Positions 1 through 12,071 of a stretch of DNA of 64,000 nt are shown here, piece after piece. Origin of the DNA: the human T2T-CHM13v2.0 reference genome, Homo sapiens; the NCBI RefSeq assembly GCF_009914755.1, contig NC_060925.1, one strand, 5' to 3'. The position numbers were made by a program, and so were the translations under genes. The notes under the pieces were generated by a model. The model was not told the origin of the DNA. It was given only the letters and a program-made list of their open reading frames with translations, and did no database searches. The stretch's first letter is position 1, and every line of letters starts with the position of its first letter.

Positions 1-2231
1 CAGCCACCTGGTAGTGTGGTCAGGAGGAAGGGGTTCCTTGTGCAAAGCAGCTGCCCGAGCCCATCCCCTGTGACTTCAGGGTCCTGGCAGTGTCTGTGAG
101 CAGCCCCAGAGCTGGTGCCGGGCACTGAGTTCCGTGAGCCTCTGGACACGGGGCTGTGCATCTCGGTGGCTCAGTCTGCTTTGGCCGAGGCTAGAACCGA
201 ACTTCTGGTCAGGCTGCCCATGCCTCTGGTCGGAGCACGGGGCAGCCTGTGTCCATCTGCTGGCAGCAGGCAGAGTTCTGCCCAGGTCGCAGAGGGGTTG
301 CTGAGTCTCCCCAACCCACGTCCCAGCCTGGGGGGTCTGGCCCAACCGTAGCCCTCTGGGCCCCTGAACAGTTCTGCAGGGTTTTGGCTGCAAGGATGAG
401 GCTCGCTGGCTCAGCCCAGGACCATAGGAATCTGCCCATGCCATGCAGCCCTCAGTGCCCACAAAGGCTGGGCTCCAGGCCCTGAGCTTTTTGGAGCAAC
501 TACTCGGCTGCCTGGCCAGGTCACTCGTTAGTATTCGTGTGCTAGGGCCCAGGAGAAGCAGAGAGTGGAGAGAGGCCAGCGGTGGGGGCAGCTCTTCAGC
601 ACCATCCCCAAAATCCGCGGGCCAAGGACATTTGGACAAAGAGCTGTCTTCATTGAGAGCAGTGGGCACGGCTTCTGCTGCCCACAAAGGCGGCTTGAAT
701 GGGCAGGGACAGTGGGGAGGGACATGCACGCTTCTTAAAGAGGCCCTCCGCCATGGCCTCCAGCAGAAGGAGGGGGGCTTCCCCGGAGCTTTGAACTCAC
801 AGTGCCCCTCTTGAGACATGACCTTGAATGTCAGGTGCCACCAAGCCCTGTCCCTGTCTCCTGACACTAGCTGTTCAGTTCTTCACAGGAACAGTCTGTC
901 CTCCCCTCTGCCCTTGGGGACCGGGGCCGCAGTGAGCCTGGGGTGGGGGCCCTGGGGCTCACCCAACTCCACCCACTCTCCCAAAGAGCTCAGAGCTTCC
1001 CGCATCTGCAGTGGGCAGTTTTTCCACCCAGGCCAGCAAAAATGAGGGAGCGGCCCATGTCCTAGAGTCCGTGGTGGGGAGAGGCACCTGATGGGGCACC
1101 TCACTTTGAGAGGCATTAAGAGAAGGGTCCACCGGGGCAGCGCTGGCCTGGGAACAGCCCACTGGCATGGCTCTGTGCTCCTGCCTTTGGTGGGGGTGGG
1201 GGCGGGGCCCAGCATGGCCGGAGAGGCTGGGGCTTTGTAATAATCACCATAACGATTATTGAATTTGAAAAGCCAGGAGTCAATGCATTTCTGCACGATT
1301 TTGTCAGCAACAAACCACAGCCTCGCCCTGCCCCACCTCCGTCCGCATAGTGCCCATGGCCAGGCTGTCTGGGCGCAGCATTCCTGGGCCTGCTCTCTGG
1401 CTCCCAGTGAGGGTCCCCGCCCCACGGGAGATAAGATAGAGCTGGTGTCAGGGAGGAGGTGTGGACGGGGCCGCACCGGCACGCTGTGAGTGATAAAAGG
1501 GGCTTTGGAAAGGTGCTGACGTGGCACCGTGCTTAATGAGGTCATCGCCGAAGCTGCTGCCCCGATAACCTGGAGGTCAGGCTCCCAGCAAGTGGCCATG
1601 GCGGGAAGCAGGGCTGTCTGCACTGCCCGTCTCCACCCAGCACCCAGTCGGCGCAGCCACTGGGTGCCCATGGGGCTTGGCTCCGAGCTTATTTCAGAGC
1701 TGTCATCCTCAACCCAAGGGTGTCCTTGTCCCGGGGCAGCTGACCCCTCTTTCCCACTGGCTGGTGTGCTGGCAAGGGTGGCGGAGGAGCCGAGGCAGCC
1801 CGGCAGAGCTCAGGGCCGCCCGTGAAAGCCAGCCTTGGATGGTAGCTTCCCCTCCCTCCCACTCCAATGCACCCCGGCTTCCTGCGCTCTGGGGGTCTTC
1901 AAAGCTCCCTGGCTGAGCTGTCTACTGGGAGCTTTCTGTTCTCAGTGTTCACAGAGGCCTGAGCTCTGCTGGCCACGGTGCTGGGCTTGGGGATTGAGGA
2001 GCCTCCAGCCCTCAGCCTCCGCAGCCCCCGCAGCCTCCAAAGCCCGGGGCTGGGCTTGCTCAGGCGCCCTCTGCCGTGAATGTTTAGCTCTGCTCCCTCC
2101 CACCTCTTGAAAGCAGCCTCTTCTGTGCCTAGCGGGGTCCTGAGCCCTGGAGGAGGAGGAGACAGCAGTCAGAGGCCTGGACCTGACTCCTGTCTTTGAG
2201 GGGGGAAGAGGACAGGGCAGAAAAGACCTGG

Positions 2232-2513
2232 GGCCAGGTGCAGTGGCCCAAAATCCCAGCACCTTGGGAGGCCAAGGCGGGAGGAAGCCCAGAAGTTTGA
2301 GGCCAGCCTGGACAACATAGCAAGACCCTATCTCTACAAAAAATACAAAAATTAGCCTGATGTGATGGCATGTGCTGGTAGTTCCAGCTACTCAGGAGGC
2401 TGAGGCAGGAGGATCGCTTGAGCTCAGGAGGTCCGGGCTACAGAGAGCTGTGATCACACCACTATACTCCAGCCTGGGCGAGAGAGTGAGACCCTGTCTC
2501 AAAAAAATGAAAA
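2232..2513 (+). mobile_element. Alu (old, AluJ-like)
   Basis: ggccaggtgcagtgg start, mid A-linker (aaaaaatacaaaaattagcc), A tail; flanked by near-identical TSD gaaaagacctgg / gaaaagatctgg. Confidence 0.92.
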
Positions 2514-3699
2514 GAAAAGATCTGGAAGTGGGAGGGGAGGCGGCTCTCTACCTCCAACCTGGGCACCCTTGAAGCCACCCCCTCTTTCCCTCCTGGGCTC
2601 TACTGCTCCGTCTGTGCAGCCTGGGGCTGCAGTCAGGGTCAGGTTTGGTGACACTTGGATCCAGACATAATGTGTGTTAAGATCAAGGGCCCCGGGCTGA
2701 TGTGGCCTCCCAGCAGCCTGCAGGACAAGGGGAGGGGACCAGGGTGGCAGGCAGCTGTGGGCGGGTGGAAAGCAGAGCTGGGAGCCAGCCCTGCCCGGCC
2801 AGGGCTCGGGCACAGCTTGGCTCCATGCAGGGCCCTGGGAGCACCCAGAAGGCAGGGCTTTGGCACCATGCAGCCTCCCAGATGGCCGGGCCGGGCTGGT
2901 TCCTCCCTCCCAGGACAAGAGCTTTGTGTCTGCCGACTTCTTCCCAATGCCGCGTCCAGTGTTTTCCTCTTTCTGGGCCTCAAACTCTTTTTTGAGGCCA
3001 GGTGGGTGGGGCCCAGCCAGCGCCAGGCACTTCTGGCTGGGGGATATACACCCCCCAGTCCTTGCAGAGCCCACTCTGAAGGGGACTTGGGGATTCACTT
3101 CAGCTCTCGCTTTATTATGGAGCCTGGGAGAAAAACAAGTCAGAAGACCATTTCCAAAAATAGCCAGCAGAGAGCGGGAACTGTCTGCAGAGCTGCTGGT
3201 TGGCGGCCCTCTGGGCAGGGGCACAGACAGGCCAAGAGATCCCCGTGTCCTGGGAATGGCCGCTGGCTCGCTGGGCCAGACGTTTTGGGGGCATGTTCAC
3301 CAGCTTGTGGGTCTCTGAGATGTGGGTCTCAGAAGCACCTGCTTCCCACGGGGTCCACCCCGGCCCCTGGCCAGTGCCAGCTCTCATCCCCACCAGGCAC
3401 TTGGGTGGCCACAGGGTGTCCCTCCCGGTCCCTCCAAGTGGAAAAGACTCTGTTTGGCACAGGCATTTTGAAGACCCAGGAGAGACTTCTGATTGAGGAA
3501 CTCCTGCTCTCCTGGGCTGGGTTTAGGGAAAAAGCTCCATCCAGGGCCCACGTGGGGTCCCAGAATTTCTTCAGAACCCAGAACCCGTCTCTATAGGAAC
3601 GCAGAGGGAGCAGCACAGGGACATAGGTCTTCTCCTTCCCATCCCTGGTCCTGGAGCAGGTGCCTGGGCCCTCAGCTCACTGTGTCACATTGGAACCCG

Positions 3700-4612
3700 T
3701 CTCTCCCCTCCTCTCTCCCCTCCCTCTCTCCCCCTCCCTCTCTCCCCCTCCCTCTCTCCCCCTCCCTCTCTCCCCCTCCCTCTCTCCCCCTCCCTCTCTC
3801 CCCCTCCCTCTCTCCCCCTCCCTCTCTCCCCCACCTCCCCCCTCCCTCTCTCCCCCTCCTTCTCTCTTCCCCTCCTTCTCTCCCCTCCCTCTCTCCCCTC
3901 CCTCTTTCCCCCCTCCCCCTCCTTCTCTCTCCCCTTCCCTCTCTCCCCTCCCTCTCTGTCCCCCTCCCTCTCTCATCCCCTTCCTCTTTCTCTCCCTCCC
4001 TCTCCTTCCCCTCCCTCCCACTCTCCCCCTCCCTCTCTCCCCCTTTCCCTCCCTCTCTCCCCTTCTCTCTCTTCTGCTCCTTCTCTCTCCCCCTTCCTCT
4101 CTCCCCTCCCTCTCTGTCCCCCTCCCTCTCTCATCCCCTTCCTCTTTCTCTCCCTCTCTCTTCCCCTCCCTCCCTCTCTCCCCCTCCCTCTGTCCCGTCC
4201 CTCTCTCCCCCTCCCTCTGTCCCATCCCTCTCTCCCCCTCCCTCTCTCCCCTCCCTCTCCTCCCTCTTCCCTCTCTCCCCCTCCCTCTCTCCCCCTCCCT
4301 CTCTCCCCCTCCTTCTCTCTCCCCTCCCTCTCTCCCCTCCCTCTCTGTCCCCCTCCCTCTCTGTCCCCCTCCCTCTCTCATCCCCTTCCTCCTTCTCTCC
4401 CTCCCTCTCTCTTCCCCTCCCTCTCTCTCCCCCTCCCTCTCTCCCCCTCCCTCTCTCTCCATCTCTCTCTCTCCCCTCCCTCTTTCTCCCCTCCCTCTTT
4501 CTCTCCTCCCTCTGTCTCTCCCTTCCTCTGTCTCCCCCTCCCTCTGTCTCTCCTCTCCCTCTCTCCCCCCCCTCTGTTTCTCTTCTTCCCTCCCTCTCTC
4601 TTGCTCTCTCTC
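3700..4612. repeat. ~900 bp C/T-only low-complexity tandem repeat (CCCTCCCTCTCTCC variants)
   Basis: Nearly pure pyrimidine + strand with recurring sub-blocks such as ctctctgtcccctccctctctcatccccttcct. Confidence 0.97.
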
Positions 4613-6994
4613 ACCATAGCCCCTCCTCTTGCAGTCTCCAGCCATTTGGGGGGTTCCGCCTCCCCCTTGAGAACTCACACACTCACTCTGTGTCTGTGAC
4701 TTGGTATGGAAGGGAGAGCTGGGGGCGGGGAGGCACTGATGCCTGAGGGTAGCTGGGCTGTACCATCCTCAGCCTCGCCCAGACCCTCCAGAGACCCTAA
4801 GGACCTCCCCAAAGAGCAAGATGACCACACACTTTACCTCCAGAGGAGAGGAGACACTCCTGCGAGGGAATGGGGAGCACAGTGTGAATGACTCTGGGCA
4901 GCATGACCAGCTCAGACAGCCCCAGGCCAACCCTGGCACACCGGTGCATGGTCCACCTGCCTGGCACAGTCCACCTGCCCGGCCCTGGCACTGCAGGGTG
5001 TGGGCCCTTCTCCCTCCGTGTTTGGCCCTCTCTGCCATGGGCTGGTGCTCCCCTCCACCCAGCCGTGCTGCCCCCACCTGCGGACTGATTCAATTCTGCC
5101 CCCATCCCAGCCGTGCCCACCCCTCCCACGACTTCCCACGGCAGAGTTGTGGTCCTGGCGGCTGGCTGCAGCTTTTAATTGTTTTTCTCCCCCCAGATGC
5201 TCTCCACTGACCCTCCCTCCCCTCCGAAGCCGGCGCCCCCCTTGCTGCCCGCAGTGGGCTGGGGGAGGGGACACGGATTCCAGTAGCATTTCCGCCCTCC
5301 GCTCTATCATTTCGTTTGTTCTCCTTTCCTTTCCCTTTCTTCTCCCTCCACGGGCCCAGCCTCTGTGATTAAGCCTCAAGGCCTCCTGCTGCTTTTAATA
5401 GGCCTGCGGGCCTGACCATCTGATGAGAACCGCGCAGCACAGCTTGTTCCCGAATACTTGCGCTGGAATCGCCTAATGCACGGTATTAATCATCACTGTC
5501 AGGCCGTTCAGGCCCTAAATACACCCACCCAGTATAAAATTATCCTAAACAGAAAAGAAGCAGGCTGCGATTGGCCGCATATTGAAAACAGACATGAGAC
5601 AGCCCCCGCCCCCAACTCATCCCCCTCCCAAATTTCAGGGCCGCCTCCAAGGCCTCTGCCCGGTGTCAGGAACAATAGCTAGCTCTCGGTGGCAGTCAGG
5701 CCGCATTTGGTGTTCACACAAGTCCCACGTCGGGGAGGGGGCCGTCCTCTGCACAGGGCCCTGAGTGCCCACCCTGCAGGCTTCGGGGCCCATGCGTGGC
5801 CGGAGGCAGAGGGCTTCCCGGTTGGGCTGAGGGCTGTTTCAGAGCAGTGCCCTGAGGAGGACCAGGCCTGGGGCTCTGGAGCCAGAAGTCAGGAAAGGGA
5901 GGCTGCAGCCGCACACCCGAAGAGCTCGAAAGCTGGCCCCCAGCCCAGACTCCCACGCAGGGACGTCCCTCACAGCAGGATTTGCTGCTTCCTCCTGACC
6001 AATGCCCTCCTGTAGTAAAAGTTAACCGGGTGTGAAATGCATGTTGCCTGAGGTGCGGTAAAAGTTTACGAGGGCTGGGCGGCTCCTAGGCATGGGCAGG
6101 CCCATTTCTCACCTGCAGCCTGGGTCCCTGCAGAAACCTGGCTCGGCCTGGGGGCTATGGCAGGGCCCTCATTGGGTGAGGGAGGCCCGGGGTATTTCTT
6201 GCCACATCTGAAATTGGACCCGAATGCGCATGGGGACACCATCCTGCAGCCTCTGCGTTTGTCCTTGGGGTCATTGAGGAATCTCAGCACTGGCCCTGGC
6301 TTCTGGCAGGCACCTGGGCCATGGGAGCCCAAGGGTGGCTCCCTCGGGCCACCCCGTTACACTCCAGCCAAGTACTGGGGGCCACGGGCTGAGGGCACAG
6401 GCCACAGGGGATGAGTCCAGCCCCGCAGTGTGACCGGCAGTTGGCAAACCATTGACTCAGGCCACCTCACTGCACCCACAGGCTTTGCAGAGAGAACAGG
6501 ACAATCCTAGCTCAGGCTGGTGGAGGTTTGGGGATGCCGAAGCAGCCAGAGAGTGGCCAAGGGGGTTGCACTTGGGGCCGGACCTCCTGACTCCTGCCTC
6601 TGTGTCTTGTCACCAGGCCTTACCCTGGGGACCCCTGCTCCCAGCGGAGCCAGTAGTGATGACAGGCGCAGCTGGGAGCAGCTTGGTAGACCTAGGGGGT
6701 CTTTCTAGAAGCCAAGGGGGCCCTTGGCACACACATGTGGATGCAGGGCTGCCCACCCAACACTGCTGAGCCCACACAGGCCCAAGAGAAAAGGGAAGTG
6801 TGGCCAACTCTGGACTCCCAGTAGCTTTCTCCTGCCCAGCCACGCCCATGGAACCGGGTCCTGGTCCAGGCACTTGTCTCCCGTGAATTCCAGAGAGAAA
6901 CCTTAAGCGATTACAAATGTCTATTAAACATTAAATGGTGGTGGATTCTGGACTGCAGAGCATTTGAGACGCTGCAGATAAAGAACCATTGCTA

Positions 6995-7297
6995 GGCCGG
7001 GTGTGGCGGCTCAGGCCTGTAATCCTAGCACTTTGGCAGGCCGAGGTGGGTGGATCACCTGAGGTCAGGAGTTTGAGACCAGCCTGGCCAACTTAGGGAA
7101 ACCCCGTCTCTACTAAAAATACAAAAATTAGCCAGGCGTTGTGGTGCATGTCTGTAATCTCAGCTACTCAGGAGGCTGAGGCAGGAGAATCGCTTGAATC
7201 CAGGAGGCAGAGGTTTCAGTGAGCCGAGATTGCACCACTGCACTCCAGCCTGGGTGACAGGGCGAGACTCTGCCTCAAAAAAAAAAAAAAAAAAAAA
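6995..7297 (+). mobile_element. Alu (AluS-like), full length
   Basis: ggccgggtgtggcggctca...gatcacctgaggtcaggagtttgagacc...tactaaaaatacaaaaattagcc...~21 nt poly(A). Confidence 0.96.
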
Positions 7298-9494
7298 TAC
7301 CTTGCTTAGAGCTGCCACCAGATTCTCCACTGCATTCCTTGGGGTCATCCAGGCCCTCAGCCCTTTGACCACAGGCACTGGCCATAGGTGGACAAGGTCA
7401 CAGAGGGGCCATGGGAGCTCAGAACCACCTTCTCCAGGCTGGGGTGTCTGGTGTTCCAGCTCTGTGCTGCTGGGGTGTCTGCAGAGCGTTCCATTTCTAT
7501 TGGATAATTTCCTTTCCTCTTCGCTGAGTCAGTGCCAGCTCCAAAGCTACGACAGAGCAGGCTGGGACCAGGACGTCTAAATCCTGACCCAGGCAAGAGG
7601 CTCCTGATACCAAGTCATGCACAGACAGGAGGGGACATTTCGATGGATGGCGAGGTCTCCTCTCTCCCAGAGGAGAGTGCCCTGTGTTCCCAGGCAGAAG
7701 AGGCAGGACCGGGCCGCACCATGAAGGGCTACCTGGCCAGGTCTGCACCTGCTGAAGGGAGTGGGGTCAGTCATTCCAGAGCTTGGGGGAGGCGGAAATC
7801 TGACCAGAGGCAGAAACCTGTAGAGTGCTCTGTGGCTGAGCACCAGGGGGGAACCCACCGGGACAAAGCCAGGACTGCTGCCCTGAGACCAGGCCTCCCG
7901 CACCGATACCAGGCCTCTCGCCTTGAGACCAGGCCTCATAGTGCTGAGGATTGGATCGTGGGCCACAGAACACCCAGACCTGAAGGTGTGCCGGGGAGCT
8001 CCGAGCTCCAGGCTCTGCAGCTGCATCTGGGGCCAGGGCCTGAGGCCTGGCAGGAGGGGGAGGGAGAGGAGTACAGAGTGGAGGCCTCCGGGGTATCAGG
8101 TACAAAGTGAGAAGGGCCTAATGCAGGGAGATGGCCACACCCACCCACCCACCATCTGACCTCACGAATTAATTGCGCCTGCTCTTCCAACACAGCTTCT
8201 CTTTCCATTTCTTCAGCCTGGCAGGGGGCTTGGCCTCCATTTTCCTGTCTCCCAGGCAAGGGGTTGAACTAAACAGTCCCTACTGGTTGGTGCCACCCTG
8301 GGGAGCTAGGTCTCAGGGGCTCTGCTGGTTGCAGCTCTTGTTTGAAGGAGGGAGTTTTGCAGGGACCCTGACGCTACAGCCAGGCGTGCCCAAGAACAAT
8401 AAAAACAAGGGCAGCATCCGCTCGACGGTGGGTGCTCTCCTGCTGGGGGGACCGCTATCCTGGCCACACACCTTCACTCTTGTGGCCCCGGACCCTCAGC
8501 ACCTCTCAGACCACACAGATGAGAAACTGGGGCCGGGAGAAGTGCAGCCGCCACCCTGAGGGTCTGAACCGTTCAGGGGTTGCGGTCCACTTGCCCCCAA
8601 GACAGTGCACTGCCATGTGGGGGTACACAAGGCTGCTGGCTCAGAGGCCAGTCCTGCCCGCCCAGCCTGTGTGTCTGTGAAAATCAGGGTGCCCTGCAGA
8701 TCTCAGACCCTTCCTCCCCCAAACACCCCCCAAACACCCTGGCCGTAAGATCTGAGGTGAATGTGAGCAAAGACGCCTTTCCCCACTCCTCTGGGCACAT
8801 CCTGATGAGTGGCCCGTTGGTGACAAGTTGACAGAGGGGCCCCTCCGTGACAGGTGATGGACTTTGAACCCAGTGCAGCTTTCAGGGCCCAAGACCTTTC
8901 ATGTTCTTCTGGAAACGGTGCCATTGGCTTTTCCCATGACTCCCACGAGGGCGTTAGCAGAACCTCCCTCATCTTGAGCAAATCACGTCCTTTCGCACAC
9001 CAGCACGCGGGCACAGATGAATCACGCAGGGGGCTTGAGCAGGCCGACGTGTCTGGTGTTTGTGGAATTGTTCCAAAGCCCCCCCCAGCCCCCCTGCGCC
9101 AAGCCACCATCTCTAAAGGTGACAGTGCCCCTGGCCAGGGCGGCCACTCTGGCCTGATGCATGACCGTCTGCTCAGGACGTGCGGCTGCCGTCTCATCAG
9201 GCGGAGGGAGGTCCGACGCCGTGTCCACACCCAATCTGCCCTCCGGGGAGACGGGAGTGGGGGAGGCAAGCATTTGAAATCCTCCCTTTCCAACAGAGAA
9301 ACACTGTTGGGGAGACGGTCAGAGGAGGCTGCCCCCAGCTCTGCTTTTCCTTGCCTGGGTGCAGAGTATTTAAAAATAAAAGCCGCAGCTGCCAAGACAG
9401 CCGATGGAGCGTTTGCTGTGTCTGGACGCTGTTCTAAGGAGCGCTTCACATAGATGATCTTAGCCTGCCCCAGAGCGGCCCCAGGAGGAGGCAC

Positions 9495-9610
9495 TGTCTC
9501 TAAACCCACTTTACAGACCAGCAAGCTGACAGCAGGAGATGTGAAGTCACTGGGCAGATCGAGCAGCTCGGGAAGGTGGGCACGGGACAGATCCAGGCTC
9601 AGAGGTGAGA
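9495..9610 (-). mobile_element. MIR fragment (degenerate)
   Basis: cccactttacaga...gatgtgaagtcactgggcag resembles the MIR core reverse complement; a similar acagatgagaaactgggg is at ~8515. Confidence 0.45.
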
Positions 9611-10534
9611 GTCCTGGAGACCGGGCCAGTGTGGCGGTTCCTTATCTCCAGCTCTGGGATCGATAAACTGTAGGGACCCTCAGAACCCAGGTGCCGGCTG
9701 GCTACCCCGGATCCCGGCAGCGGGAGGGCCGAGTCTCCTGAGAGCCGGGTGGCTTTGCTTTCCATCCCACAGACCCTGGAGCAAACACACTGCCTGGACT
9801 TTGTCCAGATGCAGAGGCTACACCCAGCTGCAGCTTGCCCACAGCAGCCCCAACTGAGGACCCTGAAAGTTGCTGCCATCCTCAGGCGGGTGCAGAAAAG
9901 GAGTTTCTGCTGTGCGAAGGACCCCCAGCCCCAAGGAAGGCTGCATGCCGGCCCTGTCTCTGCTGTCTGGGGCCGGGCCCTGGGAAGCCTCAGCAGCCAG
10001 TCCACCTGCGGGCGGACCTGGCTCTTGGCCCCCAGGGTCTGCGTGCCTCCACCTGGGCCATGAACGGGGACCTAACTGTTAGGCCCTGCTGTGCCCTCCT
10101 GAAAACGAAGGCTGCATTCCTGCTCTTCATGGCTGGATACACCTAGTGGCCTCTTGTTAAATGCCAGCCCCACCCCCCGCCCCGAGCTGGAAAACCTTCA
10201 GCCGTGTGCTTCCCTCCTGGGTCTCCAGCTCCAGCCGTGGGAAATGGAGCACAGTCGACAGGCAGGATGGAGAGTCTCACCACGGGGCCTGGCCAGTGGC
10301 CCCAGGAGGCTCAGGGTCAGAGCTTTCCAGAGCCCTGGATCCGCCCCTCCTTCCCCTTGATCCAGGAAGCGCCGTTCCCCCCACGGGCCCCCAGCCAGTG
10401 CTGATGGAGAGGGGCAGCCGGCCCACAGGGCATCATCCTCAGTCCTGTTCTGACGCTTAACCCACCCTCTTCCTGCCCAGTCGTCTACGCCCATGGCCGC
10501 GAGCGCCTCTGCCTCCGGAGCAGTGGCCTTCCAG

Positions 10535-10744
10535 CAGCACTTCTCAACCCAGGGCCACTCTGACCCCCAGGGGACACTGGCAACACCTGGAGATGGTTGT
10601 GGTTGTCACCTCTGGGGGTGCTGCTGGCATCTGGTAGCTGGCACGTAGGAGCCCTGCCCCACATCCTGCAGTGCCCAGGACAGGTCCCACAGCAGGAAGT
10701 GACCCAGACCCAATCGTCCCCCATGGTGAGGCAGAGAAACCCTG
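10535..10744. mobile_element. MER20 (hAT-Charlie) non-autonomous DNA transposon, near full length
   Basis: Termini cagcacttctcaacc ... gagaaaccctg and internal cccccaggggacactggcaa, ggttgtcac, gctggcatct, acatcctgcagtgcccaggacag follow the MER20 consensus as I recall it; ~210 bp. Confidence 0.85.
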
Positions 10745-11723
10745 TGGTCTCATACAGCGAAAGCACTGACCCACACTGACCATGAGGCAAGAGGCCCACT
10801 CGTGAGCCTTGCTGTGCCCTTCACTGACATGCTCGCCCATGAGCTGAGTCTGCCTTGACCACTGAAGGAGGCTGCCCTGGCTAACGGCGGTGCCCAGTGG
10901 CCTGGCCTCACGCGTGGGTCCATCCCGGAACCACACAGTGGGCCTGGCCATGACCCCCTCGCCCAGGGCAACGTGGACCACACAGACACGGTGCAATAGG
11001 CCACTTTCTGGCCTTGGAGGGAAGTTTGTCTTCCTCCCTGTACACAGATAAAGTCACCATGAGACTCCCGGTTCTGCCTCCTGGGGACCCAGCCTGCCTG
11101 CTGGGGAACCGTAGTTACGCAGGTCCTGAACTGGGTCTTCTCTGGATGCGAGACCTTCCCCCTGGCTGAGGGTGCTGGAGAAGACCTGGGCAGTGGGTGG
11201 CAGCCATGGGGACTGATGGCAAAAGACCTCGGCGGGTACAGAAAATCTCCCACAGTGGAGGAGGTGTTGTCTCCAGAGGCAGCCGCTGCGCCCCAGACTC
11301 CCAGCCGCGGCTTCGGATGCAGCTGGAATAAGGTTCCAGTGTTCCCTTTCCCGTCACCAGGCAGAGCCCCGAATTCTCCACTGGGGCCGGAAGAGGAGCT
11401 CTCGGACCCCTCCCTCCTGCCCTCAGCCCTCTCCGAAGAGCTCAGAAACATCTCCGATTGGAACACGACACAGACCATCCTTCCCAGAGCAGCAGGCCGG
11501 CTGGGGCTCCCGTGAACAAATATCGCCACGTGTGCGCGATCAGAGCTGAGTAACCTGCTCCAAACCCAGGACACTGTGTGTGAGTCCCACCTCCTTCCAG
11601 TCTCCACAAAGTCACAGTGTGTGATGATTCCTGCCGGGGAGGAGGGAGCTCATTCCAAACTCAAGCCATTTTGAGGAAAACAGACACCCCTCTTGGGCCG
11701 CAGAGGAGGTGGGGAAGCCGTGA

Positions 11724-12071
<348 letters not shown>

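Noticed and set aside
594-615. TTCAGCACC REST/RE1-like half-site (similar at ~44619, ~58014)
   Set aside because: Right half GGACAG absent at canonical spacing.
76-3596. 260-310 aa ORFs at 76-867, 883-1671 and 2655-3596
   Set aside because: No recognisable domain; composition expected from chance ORFs in GC-rich DNA; many track starts are non-ATG.
3493-4746. Long ORFs (417, 333, 319 aa; Pro/Ser/Leu or Gly/Glu/Arg rich)
   Set aside because: Stop-free only because the C/T repeat lacks stop codons; no splice or domain support.
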